Shown: positions 10,224-19,177 of the stretch, piece by piece
Layout: each line of letters begins with the position of its first letter
Numbering within the stretch: the stretch's first letter is position 1
Virus record (IMG/VR): IMGVR_UViG_3300042429_001107
Direction: 5' to 3' (one strand)
From: a virus
Length of the DNA: 64,000 nucleotides
Program-made: the position numbers and the translations under genes
The notes under the pieces: model-generated
Database searches by the model: none
Told to the model about the DNA's origin: nothing
What the model saw: only the letters and a program-made list of their open reading frames with translations

Positions 10224-10715
10224 ATGGCACAAACAAGAAAGAAAAATGGAATTGCGTTAAGAATTTCGGGTACGGGATTAAGATCAGCAGATCCTTGTTC
10301 AACTGAAAGTATTTTAGGGTCGGTGGCTATAGCCCCTGATTATTTAGTATCTGGAGCTATTATTACTACAACTAATGGAATAATTAAATCGGGTGCTACC
10401 AATGCATTTACAATTAAATTGTACTGGAATACCACAGTATCTCTTTCAGGAGCTTTGCAGATGGGAACATACTCAGTTGTCGCTGCTAATACATCACCTA
10501 ATCTTTTTAGAAGATTTGTTTTTGATTCGGCGACTACTGCTAAAGGCATGGTTTCTACATTTTCAGCAACTAACGATGTTGGGGATATTGCCACCACTGT
10601 AGCATCATACACTTTTTCTTCTTGGTTAATAAATGGGGGATATTTCTTTATAACAGGATTAAGGACTTCTGGAACTGAAACTCTACAATTAGTAAAAATG
10701 ACAATAGAAGTATGA
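10224..10715 (+). CDS. Fibre-associated beta-rich protein, paralogue 2 of 3
   Basis: 163 aa; RISG, IKSGA, RRF, W..GGYFFITG; tightly coupled to neighbours. Confidence 0.75.
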   Translation: MAQTRKKNGIALRISGTGLRSADPCSTESILGSVAIAPDYLVSGAIITTTNGIIKSGATNAFTIKLYWNTTVSLSGALQMGTYSVVAANTSPNLFRRFVFDSATTAKGMVSTFSATNDVGDIATTVASYTFSSWLINGGYFFITGLRTSGTETLQLVKMTIEV

Positions 10716-11227
10716 ATTCAAAAATATCAGGTAGGGCTTTAAATCCTTTCTATAACACCACGGTAAAAACAATTACTGGATCCACTGCATTAACAATATT
10801 ACAAAAAGTTTTTGTTCCTGCAGGAACTTATGAAGCAGGAGATCTTATAATCGTAAATATGTTAATGGGTAAAATAGGATCTGCTAGCAGTTTCACTCAC
10901 TGGCTATATGCCAGTCCAAACGATCCGGATGTTTCTGGTATTACTGGAGCGATTCAACTTTGGGTTAGAGGAACTGGTGCGGCACAATTATATATAGATC
11001 ACGGAAGACACCTTTACATAAAAAATACAACCGGTGGTGGAAGTGGAATAGAATTAGGAACTGAAGTTTTAGCAGTAGGAACTGCGGTATTTTCTGAAAT
11101 GAGAAGTGGGACTACGTCTAACGTTGCTATAAATTGGTCAAATGGAGTATATTTGTTTATGGCAGGACAATTAGCAAGTTCTTCTGATAGAATAGATCAA
11201 TACTACTTAAAAATATGGGATTATTAA
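10712..11227 (+). CDS. Fibre-associated beta-rich protein, paralogue 3 of 3
   Basis: 171 aa; KISG..NP, VFVPAG, INWSNGVYLFMAG; ATGA overlap with previous gene. Confidence 0.75.
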   Translation: MNSKISGRALNPFYNTTVKTITGSTALTILQKVFVPAGTYEAGDLIIVNMLMGKIGSASSFTHWLYASPNDPDVSGITGAIQLWVRGTGAAQLYIDHGRHLYIKNTTGGGSGIELGTEVLAVGTAVFSEMRSGTTSNVAINWSNGVYLFMAGQLASSSDRIDQYYLKIWDY

Positions 11228-11228
11228 A

Positions 11229-11456
11229 ATGATTTTACAAGTAACAAAAATTGAAAACGGACTTAATTGGAGTGGAGAAGATAGACACTTCACAAATAAC
11301 CTCCTTGAATCAGGGTTAAGTTATTCGTTAACTGATCCAATAAATATGTCTATTGAATTAGATAATCAAATCTATGGTATGTGTGTTGAAACTGCTAGTC
11401 TAGACGGTATAATGTATTCAACATCCCAAGAATTTGCTAAAGCTATTTTTGGATAG
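11229..11456 (+). CDS. Small hypothetical protein (possible fibre accessory)
   Basis: 75-aa ORF 1 nt after the previous stop, last gene of the fibre operon. Confidence 0.6.
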   Translation: MILQVTKIENGLNWSGEDRHFTNNLLESGLSYSLTDPINMSIELDNQIYGMCVETASLDGIMYSTSQEFAKAIFG

Positions 11457-11482
11457 ATGATATCTAAGTATTAAAAATTAGG

Positions 11483-11509
11483 GAAACATCTTTCATATTT
11501 TTCGTATAA
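11483..11509 (+). promoter_or_regulatory. Class-2 (ECF-sigma-like) promoter GAAAC-N16-GTATAA
   Basis: In the intergenic gap 15 nt before ATG 11525; same bipartite motif precedes 7 other genes. Confidence 0.65.
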
Positions 11510-11524
11510 TATAAAAAAATACGA

Positions 11525-14500
11525 ATGATAAAAGTTAGAGCTCATACATGCTATTTAGGAACAACTGGGTATTCTGCCCATGCTAGGGAATTCTTTAGGG
11601 GACTTTCCAAATATGTTGATTTAAGAGTGAGAAACTACACCTGGGACAGTGACCCTATGTATTTAAATGATATCGATTTTAAAATCATAGATAAGATAAC
11701 ATTAAGGACGCCAGAGGGAAAAGATGAAGATTTTCCAATTACTCACTCATTTCCGCAATTTCATTGGGCTAATTCAAATAGGGATTTCACACCAGATGTG
11801 GACATAGTTCTAATGGACATGAATCACAATTACTTTAATGAAGAGTACAATAGTAAGATTAAGATAGCATACACTGTATGGGAAAGCACAGAAATACCTG
11901 AAGGATTTTTCAATCAACTTTTAAAATTTGATTACTTATGGGTTGCAACTGAGTGGCATAAAGAAGTGGTTGTTAATCAAGGGTATCCTAAGCAAAAAGT
12001 TTTTGTAGTTAATGAGGGTGTTAGTAATGAATTTTTTGGAGACGTTGATATCCCGAATAACGTAAATGAAGAATATAAAGACGGAAGATTTAAGTTTTTA
12101 TTTTTTGGTAGATGGGATTACAGAAAATCCGTACCAGAAATAATCAATTCATTCTTAAAAGCATTTCCTAATAATGAACCAGTAGATCTTATTTTAAGTG
12201 CAGACAATCCTTATGCTGTCGATGGCATGAACACCACAGAGCAAAGGCTATTGCATTATGGATATAATGATCCAAGAATAAAAGTTAAACATTTTGTAAG
12301 TAGGGAAGAATACGTAGCATATTTAAAAAAAGGAAACGTTCTAATTACTTGTGCTAGAAGCGAAGGGTGGAATATACCGCTGATTGAAGCAATGGCTGCG
12401 GGTACACCTGTAATATATTCAGACTGGGGAGCTCAGTTAGAATTTGCATATGCTAAAGGAAATCCAGTTAAGATTAAAGAGGAACTTCCTGCAAATATAG
12501 GTGCAAAATTAGGATTTGCGGGAGACACTCCTGGACTTTATGCTGAGCCAGATTATGATGATTTAATTTCCGTTTTAAGGGATTGTTATGTTAATTATAA
12601 GCAAAGAAAAGAATGTGCTGTATTAGAGAAGAATTATATCATTAATAATTTTAATTGGGAGAATATTGGTAAAAAAGGATATGACACGTTATTAAGTGTT
12701 TCAGATTTTGAAATACCAAAGGTGTCAAAAAAAGAAGCAGTAGTTATATCATCTCATGCAGATACCAAAGAAAAAATATCAATTTTAAAAAGATCTGTAT
12801 TAGCTCTAAAAAAACAAGGGTATTTTGTGATAGTGTCTTCTCATATTTCTATTCCTGATGAGATATTAAAAATATCAGATTACTTTATATGTGAGACAGA
12901 TAATCCTGTGGTTATGTATGATGAGTTTAACAAATTGTCTAATTCAGTTCCCGTTTACTATTTAAAATACGATGATTTTGAGCTCAGTTATCCTTTAGAA
13001 TTTAATCACGGCTATGCTGCTCTTAGATTGATTTTAAATGGTGCTAGACTCTCTAAAAACTGTGGATTCAATAAAACACATTTCGTTAACTACGATTACA
13101 TTATAGACGACGAAAACACACTTATACGCCATTCCGAGTTATTAGAAGAAAACTCTATAGTTACATATAGATGGAATCCTGAAAATTCAATTAGCTCCTC
13201 TTCAATCAGCTCAGCATTTTTCTCTGGTATAAACGACGATATATTAAAATCTATAGAATCAACACAATCAAAGAGCGATTATTTTAGATATGATGGGGTA
13301 ACTATATTAGAAGACTTTATCTATAAAGTATTTACTGAGAATGATTTAAAAATGTGGATAGGAGACATAGAAGATGTTTCTAAGAAGAATGTAATTAATT
13401 CTGTAATAATACCAGCATATCCCATAATAAAAACAAAAAATGGTAAAATTAGCTACGTGTATTTAGGTCACGAATCTGCAGAAGGAAAAAATTATCTATG
13501 CGCAATAGGTAACGATGAGATATTAGAAGGTAAAATAATTAAAGGGGGAAAGACATTTGATTTCTCAGCAGGATCTTATCCTATGAATTTTTATCTAATC
13601 ACAGATGAAGAATTAGAAAACGGAGTAACTGTAGTTATTCCTAAATATGATCAGGTTTTTAATTACAACACAAAAACTAAAAAAGCATCAATATTAATAA
13701 ATAATAAGTCATTGATATTAAATCTAGAGGAGAATAAGAATAAGCCTAGATTTAATATAAATTTCTTTGAAGGTCCTTTTGTAGAAATAAAAGATGCAGA
13801 AGGTAAAGAATTCACGGTGGATTTTATAGATAATGATAAAGGAACTACACATTATACTACTAATTTAAAAAATAATACCTGGGCAAGATGTTCTATACAA
13901 TATTATAAAAATTGGTTAATTAGAATAAAAGATAAATCCACAGGAGATATCCACGAAGAAAGACTGGATCTAAAAGGTAAAAATGTTCTAATATCAATTG
14001 AATCTTCCTCTTTAGGAGATTCTCTTTCGTGGTTCCCTCATATTGAAGAATTCAGAAAAATACACGGATGTAATATTTTTTTAAGCACTTTTAAAAACGA
14101 ACTATTCATAAAAAACTATCCAGAAATAACATTTATAAATCCAGGTCAAGTCGTTAACAATCTTAATTCAATTTATAGAATAGGTTGGTTCTATGATGGA
14201 GACAGTTTTAATAAGGATAAAAATCCTAGAGATTTTAAAAATATCCCTATGCAGGCAACTACAACGGACATTCTAGGATTACCCCACACTAATTTAAGAG
14301 CAAATATAGTTATAAAAGATTCTTCTAGACCAATGGAAGAAGATTATGTTTGTATAGGTTATCATTCTACAGCTCAAACTAAATATTGGAATAATCCTAC
14401 AGGATGGCAAGAACTAGTCAATTGGCTAATTTCAAAAGGTAAAAAAGTTGTAATGATTAGTCATGAAGTAGATGGGTATATGGGTAATAAAAATCCGGAA

Positions 14501-14866
14501 GGGGTCATTTATATTGAGGGTGAAAAAACATTAGATAATGCAATAAGATACATTAAAAATTCAGAAATGTTTATTGGTATAGGATCAGGATTAAGTTGGC
14601 TTTCATGGTCTTTAGAAGTTCCAACCGTATTAATATCAGGATTCAGTACACCAAAAACAGAATTTTTAGGTCCTGACGTGATTCGCATATTTAACTCTAA
14701 TGTTTGTAATGGATGTTTTAATAGAGAAAGATTAGATGCAGGTGATTGGAATTGGTGTCCAGATCATAAAGGAACTGACAGACAATTTGAATGTACTAAA
14801 ACAATTACTAGTAAAGATGTAATAGAAAAAATAGAAAATTACTGGGAGGGTAACAAATCAGAATAG
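11525..14866 (+). CDS. Multi-domain glycosyltransferase: GT4-like + central GT-A-like + TibC/Aah-type (BAHT) protein O-heptosyltransferase
   Basis: N-term TGYSAHAR, YTVWE, GRWDYRK, RSEGWNIPLIEAMAAGTPVI (GT4). C-term SSSLGDSLSW, STAQTKYWNNPTGW, FIGIGSGLSWLSW and the four-Cys iron finger CNGC...WCPDHKG...FECTK (14705-14794). Confidence 0.85.
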   Translation: MIKVRAHTCYLGTTGYSAHAREFFRGLSKYVDLRVRNYTWDSDPMYLNDIDFKIIDKITLRTPEGKDEDFPITHSFPQFHWANSNRDFTPDVDIVLMDMNHNYFNEEYNSKIKIAYTVWESTEIPEGFFNQLLKFDYLWVATEWHKEVVVNQGYPKQKVFVVNEGVSNEFFGDVDIPNNVNEEYKDGRFKFLFFGRWDYRKSVPEIINSFLKAFPNNEPVDLILSADNPYAVDGMNTTEQRLLHYGYNDPRIKVKHFVSREEYVAYLKKGNVLITCARSEGWNIPLIEAMAAGTPVIYSDWGAQLEFAYAKGNPVKIKEELPANIGAKLGFAGDTPGLYAEPDYDDLISVLRDCYVNYKQRKECAVLEKNYIINNFNWENIGKKGYDTLLSVSDFEIPKVSKKEAVVISSHADTKEKISILKRSVLALKKQGYFVIVSSHISIPDEILKISDYFICETDNPVVMYDEFNKLSNSVPVYYLKYDDFELSYPLEFNHGYAALRLILNGARLSKNCGFNKTHFVNYDYIIDDENTLIRHSELLEENSIVTYRWNPENSISSSSISSAFFSGINDDILKSIESTQSKSDYFRYDGVTILEDFIYKVFTENDLKMWIGDIEDVSKKNVINSVIIPAYPIIKTKNGKISYVYLGHESAEGKNYLCAIGNDEILEGKIIKGGKTFDFSAGSYPMNFYLITDEELENGVTVVIPKYDQVFNYNTKTKKASILINNKSLILNLEENKNKPRFNINFFEGPFVEIKDAEGKEFTVDFIDNDKGTTHYTTNLKNNTWARCSIQYYKNWLIRIKDKSTGDIHEERLDLKGKNVLISIESSSLGDSLSWFPHIEEFRKIHGCNIFLSTFKNELFIKNYPEITFINPGQVVNNLNSIYRIGWFYDGDSFNKDKNPRDFKNIPMQATTTDILGLPHTNLRANIVIKDSSRPMEEDYVCIGYHSTAQTKYWNNPTGWQELVNWLISKGKKVVMISHEVDGYMGNKNPEGVIYIEGEKTLDNAIRYIKNSEMFIGIGSGLSWLSWSLEVPTVLISGFSTPKTEFLGPDVIRIFNSNVCNGCFNRERLDAGDWNWCPDHKGTDRQFECTKTITSKDVIEKIENYWEGNKSE

Positions 14867-14950
14867 TAATGTGTAGTACTATTATTATGTTATTTGAAAC
14901 ATAAATATAAAAAATTAATATACTTAAGTTAGTCACCTTTCGTGATATAT

Positions 14951-14974
14951 AAAAGGAGCACTAGCTCTTTTTTT
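14951..14974 (+). terminator. Hairpin with T-tract, probable rho-independent terminator
   Basis: AAAAGGAGC-ACTA-GCTCTTTTTTT downstream of the GT gene. Confidence 0.5.
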
Positions 14975-15092
14975 AGAATTGCGCATAAAAATAATAAATT
15001 GGCCATAAACTAGTTACAGATATGAAATATACACGGGTTAAAATTAAAAAGCCTGTATACTAAATATATAAAATATCTTGTAATATAATTTT

Positions 15093-15120
15093 GGAACACT
15101 TTAGAATAAAAATACTAAAA
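15093..15120 (+). promoter_or_regulatory. Class-2 promoter variant GGAAC-N17-CTAAAA
   Basis: 13 nt before ATG 15134. Confidence 0.45.
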
Positions 15121-15133
15121 CAATAAAGGACAA

Positions 15134-15676
15134 ATGATAATATCTGAAAAAAATAAAATCCTAATCACACGGGTTATAGATACAATAAATTGGCCATTGA
15201 TTCATAAGTTTTATAAAATAGTAGGTAGGACTATAGGAACCGAAACGATTCAGATTTCTGGAATAAAAAAACTAGATAAAAAAATCAAGCTAAATGAGGA
15301 TCATATAAAGGATGAGGTGCTTCATATAATAAATCATGTGGTAGAAAATGATATTTCTCAATATATGTATGGACCATGGAATGTTATATGGGTTAACGGA
15401 GAATGGGAAATGGAAATTCCAGAAACTGACGATAAAGGAAATGAGATTCTTGATGGAGATAGCGCATTCGTTCCTATTTTAGAATCTATGCTAGAGGTTT
15501 ATTTTTCTCCAATGACTGTGATATCAAGAGAAATCGTTGTAGACGAGGATGATTTAGAAGATAAAACAGACACAATAGATCTAAATAAACAATTAGAAAA
15601 AGCTCTAAGCGATGAAAACTATGAACTAGCTTCAAAGATTAGGGATCTAATTGATATCTATAAGAAACAAAAATGA
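15134..15676 (+). CDS. Hypothetical protein with C-terminal UVR (UvrB/UvrC) coiled-coil motif
   Basis: LNKQLEKALSDENYELASKIRDLI. Confidence 0.7.
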   Translation: MIISEKNKILITRVIDTINWPLIHKFYKIVGRTIGTETIQISGIKKLDKKIKLNEDHIKDEVLHIINHVVENDISQYMYGPWNVIWVNGEWEMEIPETDDKGNEILDGDSAFVPILESMLEVYFSPMTVISREIVVDEDDLEDKTDTIDLNKQLEKALSDENYELASKIRDLIDIYKKQK

Positions 15677-16545
15677 AAAGAAGAATTAAATTAATAGACG
15701 AACAATTTGCACAAAGTATAAATGGTGACGGATTTAATAGCTCCAATGGGGTTTTTAAAGTGAATTATAAAGCTTATACAGATTTATCTTTAGCAGTAGG
15801 AAGAGACCCAGATCCTAGCTTATTAGTTAAAGATTCAGTTTTTCAAGTGGGAGATGTAGTTAAGGGAAAAATCAAAGGTGGTAATAAAAATGCAACAGGA
15901 GAGGTGATTGAGACTAAAAAGGCAACAGATGGTAAATCATATGTTATAAAAATACAAGCATTAAAAGACAAAAAAAATTACACACTAACACCAGGATCAA
16001 TAGAATTTGTAAAAGATAACGGTAACACACAAAATACTGTGGGAATGTCAATAAGTTCAAAAGAAAAAAATGCACAGAACTTAAAATATAATGGAGGTAA
16101 TATTATATGGGGTTCTATGGAAAATAAAATCATTGATCCACTATATACAGATTTAGAAGATGAACCTGTTACAGGGCCAATGAACACTGGATGGAAAATA
16201 AAATTTGTAGAAGATCTGCCAAAAGATAATCTTATATTTAATTCAATATTAGCCGATCCAGGAGAGTCTTTGATGACTTTCTCTAGATCTGGCATAAATG
16301 ATGCGTTTAATGACATCTTAAAAGCAGCAGAGGCATTCTGTTACTTCATTCATCATCCAGATCTTAATGAATATCCAATAGATCTAAAATCTATTCTTGG
16401 GGTTCTATTTTTAGAACTAAAAAATGAAAATGATGCAAAGAAACAATTCATTCAGCATTTTCCAGATTTAACAAAAAGATCATACGGAGAATCTAGAGAC
16501 GAACATCACGACAAAGCAAAATCAATTATTAATAGCTTCTTATAA
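15673..16545 (+). CDS. Hypothetical protein with KOW/SH3-like segment, possible virion protein
   Basis: FQVGDVVKGK...TGEVIE; GATATCTA at 15653 upstream. Confidence 0.55.
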   Translation: MKRRIKLIDEQFAQSINGDGFNSSNGVFKVNYKAYTDLSLAVGRDPDPSLLVKDSVFQVGDVVKGKIKGGNKNATGEVIETKKATDGKSYVIKIQALKDKKNYTLTPGSIEFVKDNGNTQNTVGMSISSKEKNAQNLKYNGGNIIWGSMENKIIDPLYTDLEDEPVTGPMNTGWKIKFVEDLPKDNLIFNSILADPGESLMTFSRSGINDAFNDILKAAEAFCYFIHHPDLNEYPIDLKSILGVLFLELKNENDAKKQFIQHFPDLTKRSYGESRDEHHDKAKSIINSFL

Positions 16546-17340
16546 ATGACTATCGAAAGAAAAAGAAATCTTTTAAGAATAAGCAGAGAGAAAACAAAAA
16601 ATCCAGGGATTCCTAATTTTTCTAATGTAAATTCACAGGTTTTACAGGAACCTCTTAAATCTAATCCCGTGGAAAAAAATATTATCTCAGTAAGCAGAAT
16701 AAAGACTGAAGTAAAAAGCTCATATCTTGGTAAAAATCTAAATCCTGATTATATCGGGAAATTTTCAGGCGAGACATTTATTGTTGCAGGATGCGGATCT
16801 TCATTAAATTATTACACAGATTTTAGTAAGTATTATGTAATAGGTGTTAATGATATAGAAAGAATACTTACTCCAGATTTTTTAGTGGTTGTAAACGAAG
16901 TCAGAACTTTTATGATAGGAAGATGGAATTATGTAAGAGATTCTTTAAGTCCTGTAATTTTTTCGCATTTAGATAATCCCGGTCCAATAACAAGACAAGC
17001 TCATCTTGCAAAAATAAATATTGGCGAAAGAAGCAATCCAAATCTTGATAGAATGGATCGTGTTGATTACACTATGAATTCTCCATATATGGCTATTGTG
17101 ATAGCATATCAATTAGGGGCTAAAAAAATAGGAATGGTCGGTGTAGATTTCACACAAGATCATTTCTTTTCTAATACAGGAACACACAAACTTACTAAAC
17201 ACACAAAAAATATAGATCAGGAATATTTGGTGCTAAGAAATGAATTAGAAAAAAGAGGGGTAAAAGTTGCAAATCTTTCACCAATAAGTTTATTAGAGTC
17301 CTGGCCAAAAATGGATCTAGCAGGATTTGATTCCCTTTAG
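16546..17340 (+). CDS. MAF/DUF115 (MptE-like) putative glycosyltransferase
   Basis: GETFIVAGCGSSL, VIGVND, AYQLGAKKIGMVGVDF. Confidence 0.7.
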   Translation: MTIERKRNLLRISREKTKNPGIPNFSNVNSQVLQEPLKSNPVEKNIISVSRIKTEVKSSYLGKNLNPDYIGKFSGETFIVAGCGSSLNYYTDFSKYYVIGVNDIERILTPDFLVVVNEVRTFMIGRWNYVRDSLSPVIFSHLDNPGPITRQAHLAKINIGERSNPNLDRMDRVDYTMNSPYMAIVIAYQLGAKKIGMVGVDFTQDHFFSNTGTHKLTKHTKNIDQEYLVLRNELEKRGVKVANLSPISLLESWPKMDLAGFDSL

Positions 17341-17366
17341 AAACTTATTTCATTTTTTTTGTAAAA
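17340..17366 (+). promoter_or_regulatory. Class-2 promoter GAAAC-N16-GTAAAA
   Basis: 5 nt before ATG 17372, which argues for that start over TTG 17327. Confidence 0.55.
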
Positions 17367-17371
17367 TTAAT

Positions 17372-18127
17372 ATGGAATCAATCAAAAATGGAATAGTGAT
17401 TAGAATGCCGGATTCTTCAATCATTAAAGAAAACTCTCTTGGTAAAATAATCTGTGATAGGATTAAAAGCTATATCCCTATGGGTTATAAACTTTTTATA
17501 GTGGAGCTTTCAGAAAAAGATATTGAAAATTCAACAGAGGTAACAGAAGCACAAAAGGAAAGATTCCTTTATTATTTAGAAGACCTAGATGTTAGATTAG
17601 CATTTTACATAAAAAGTAAAAATCACGTGGTTTCTACAGATATAGAATCTAAAAAGAAAGCTAAAAAAGAAATATTAAAAATTGGGCAATTCGTTGATGA
17701 AATTGATGCTGGAAGATTTGATGTGCCCCTAATATGTCATATAGGTGGAGCAAACGGGAATAGAAGAAAAAGTATGATGGAATTTTGTAAATTCTTCGAT
17801 ACCCTTCCTTGGAGAATACAGAAGCAATTATGTTTAATAAATGATGATAAGCCAAGTCTTTTTTCAGTAAAGGATCTTCTGTCAGTTAGCTATGTAGAGA
17901 AAAAGATTCCTATTGTTTTTAGAACTAGTTCACATAGAACGAATCAAGGTGGTCTAACATATAAAGAAAGTTTTTTCTTGGCTGCTTCAACTTGGGCGGA
18001 AAGATCAAACCCTATAATGTTCTATTGTCCATCCACACAAGAAGAAACAATAACAGTTCAGGACCTAAATCCTTATAATTTAATTGTTGATGTGGCTTTT
18101 GATAATAATATACCAGAACCTATTTAG
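17372..18127 (+). CDS. UV-damage endonuclease (UvsE/UVDE)-like protein with degenerate metal ligands
   Basis: HIGGANG, LCLINDDKPSLFSVKDL, IPIVFRTSSH, LAASTW follow the UvsE pattern H[IV]GG..G / ENDD / PIVFD.HHH / STW. Confidence 0.7.
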   Translation: MESIKNGIVIRMPDSSIIKENSLGKIICDRIKSYIPMGYKLFIVELSEKDIENSTEVTEAQKERFLYYLEDLDVRLAFYIKSKNHVVSTDIESKKKAKKEILKIGQFVDEIDAGRFDVPLICHIGGANGNRRKSMMEFCKFFDTLPWRIQKQLCLINDDKPSLFSVKDLLSVSYVEKKIPIVFRTSSHRTNQGGLTYKESFFLAASTWAERSNPIMFYCPSTQEETITVQDLNPYNLIVDVAFDNNIPEPI

Positions 18128-18154
18128 AAAATTCTTATATTTGCATTAATGACA

Positions 18155-18421
18155 TTACCAGCCAACATATCCTTTAGGTTTTCTTTCATTAGTGATAGTA
18201 CTACTCATTTTGTTACTAGCATTAATAAGATCATCTATAGTTTTTACGTAATATCTTGTTTGTCCTGGCATTCCCCAATCACCTTTCTTCTTAAGATCAA
18301 CAAAGCCATAAGTGGTAAGTTCATCACCTACAACAGGTCCATGATTTACTCTCCCATCATTATTAGAAGCTTTTTCGAATTCATTTCTAGAACTTATGTT
18401 CTTATAACCGTATTTTTCCAT
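18155..18421 (-). CDS. Small hypothetical protein, probably late/virion
   Basis: 88 aa with normal composition; GATATATA 6 nt upstream on the minus strand. Confidence 0.6.
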   Translation of the reverse strand: MEKYGYKNISSRNEFEKASNNDGRVNHGPVVGDELTTYGFVDLKKKGDWGMPGQTRYYVKTIDDLINASNKMSSTITNERKPKGYVGW

Positions 18422-18427
18422 ATAAAC

Positions 18428-18435
18428 TATATATC
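18428..18435 (-). promoter_or_regulatory. Late-type promoter GATATATA
   Basis: TATATATC on + strand, 6 nt from the minus-strand start at 18421. Confidence 0.6.
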
Positions 18436-19134
18436 ATGATACAAAGAGTATTACTAGACAGCTTTCTTTTTTTCGATATAGAAACTGCAGGTCTTTACCC
18501 AACATTACAAGAAGCAAAAGAAGCAGATCCACATTTAGCAGAGCTTTGGATTAAAAGATGTAAATGGTTACATAAGCAGGTAGAACCAGGAGAATCAACT
18601 GATCCTAGCGACCTTTGGCTAACTAGATCGTCATTACATCCTGAATTTGGTAGAGTTGTTTGTGTTAGCTTTGGTGTATTAACTCAGGAAGGAACTGAAA
18701 GAATCACAAGCTTCTATGGAGAAGACGAAAAAGACATTTTAGAAAAATCAAATAAAGTGCTAGCAAATTCAAGATCTAAAGGATTTAAAATTGCAGGGCA
18801 AAATATTAAAAACTTTGATGTACCATATTTAGGTAAAAGAATGCTTATTAATAAAATAGTCCCTGATTCTATTATACAAACATGGAATAAAAAACCATGG
18901 GAGACTTCATTTATTGATCTTGCTGAAATATTTGCATTTGGAGCTTGGGGACAAACATTCTCTTCCCTTGATTTAATATCACATGTATTAGGTGTTCCTA
19001 CATCTAAAGACAATATGGACGGATCACAGGTTCATGAAAACTACTGGGAAAATAAATCCTTTGATTCCATCAAAGATTATTGCGAGCAAGATGTAGTTTG
19101 TACAATTAATTGTTTCTTGGGCATTTCTTCATAA
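18436..19134 (+). CDS. 3'-5' exonuclease, PolB-exonuclease-like (DEDD)
   Basis: FFDIET (ExoI), NIKNFDVPY (ExoII), YCEQDV (ExoIII), PEFGRVVCVS, KKPWE. Confidence 0.85.
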   Translation: MIQRVLLDSFLFFDIETAGLYPTLQEAKEADPHLAELWIKRCKWLHKQVEPGESTDPSDLWLTRSSLHPEFGRVVCVSFGVLTQEGTERITSFYGEDEKDILEKSNKVLANSRSKGFKIAGQNIKNFDVPYLGKRMLINKIVPDSIIQTWNKKPWETSFIDLAEIFAFGAWGQTFSSLDLISHVLGVPTSKDNMDGSQVHENYWENKSFDSIKDYCEQDVVCTINCFLGISS

Positions 19135-19148
19135 TTGTTTTTTATCTG

Positions 19149-19156
19149 GATATATA
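19149..19156 (+). promoter_or_regulatory. Late-type promoter GATATATA
   Basis: In the intergenic gap 21 nt before start 19178. Confidence 0.65.
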
Positions 19157-19177
19157 CAATTGTAGTAATATCTAGAT

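Noticed and set aside
18149-18439. Plus-strand 96-aa ORF
   Set aside because: Overlaps 18155..18421(-) almost fully and has antisense-like F/I/S-rich composition; the minus ORF has the GATATATA motif
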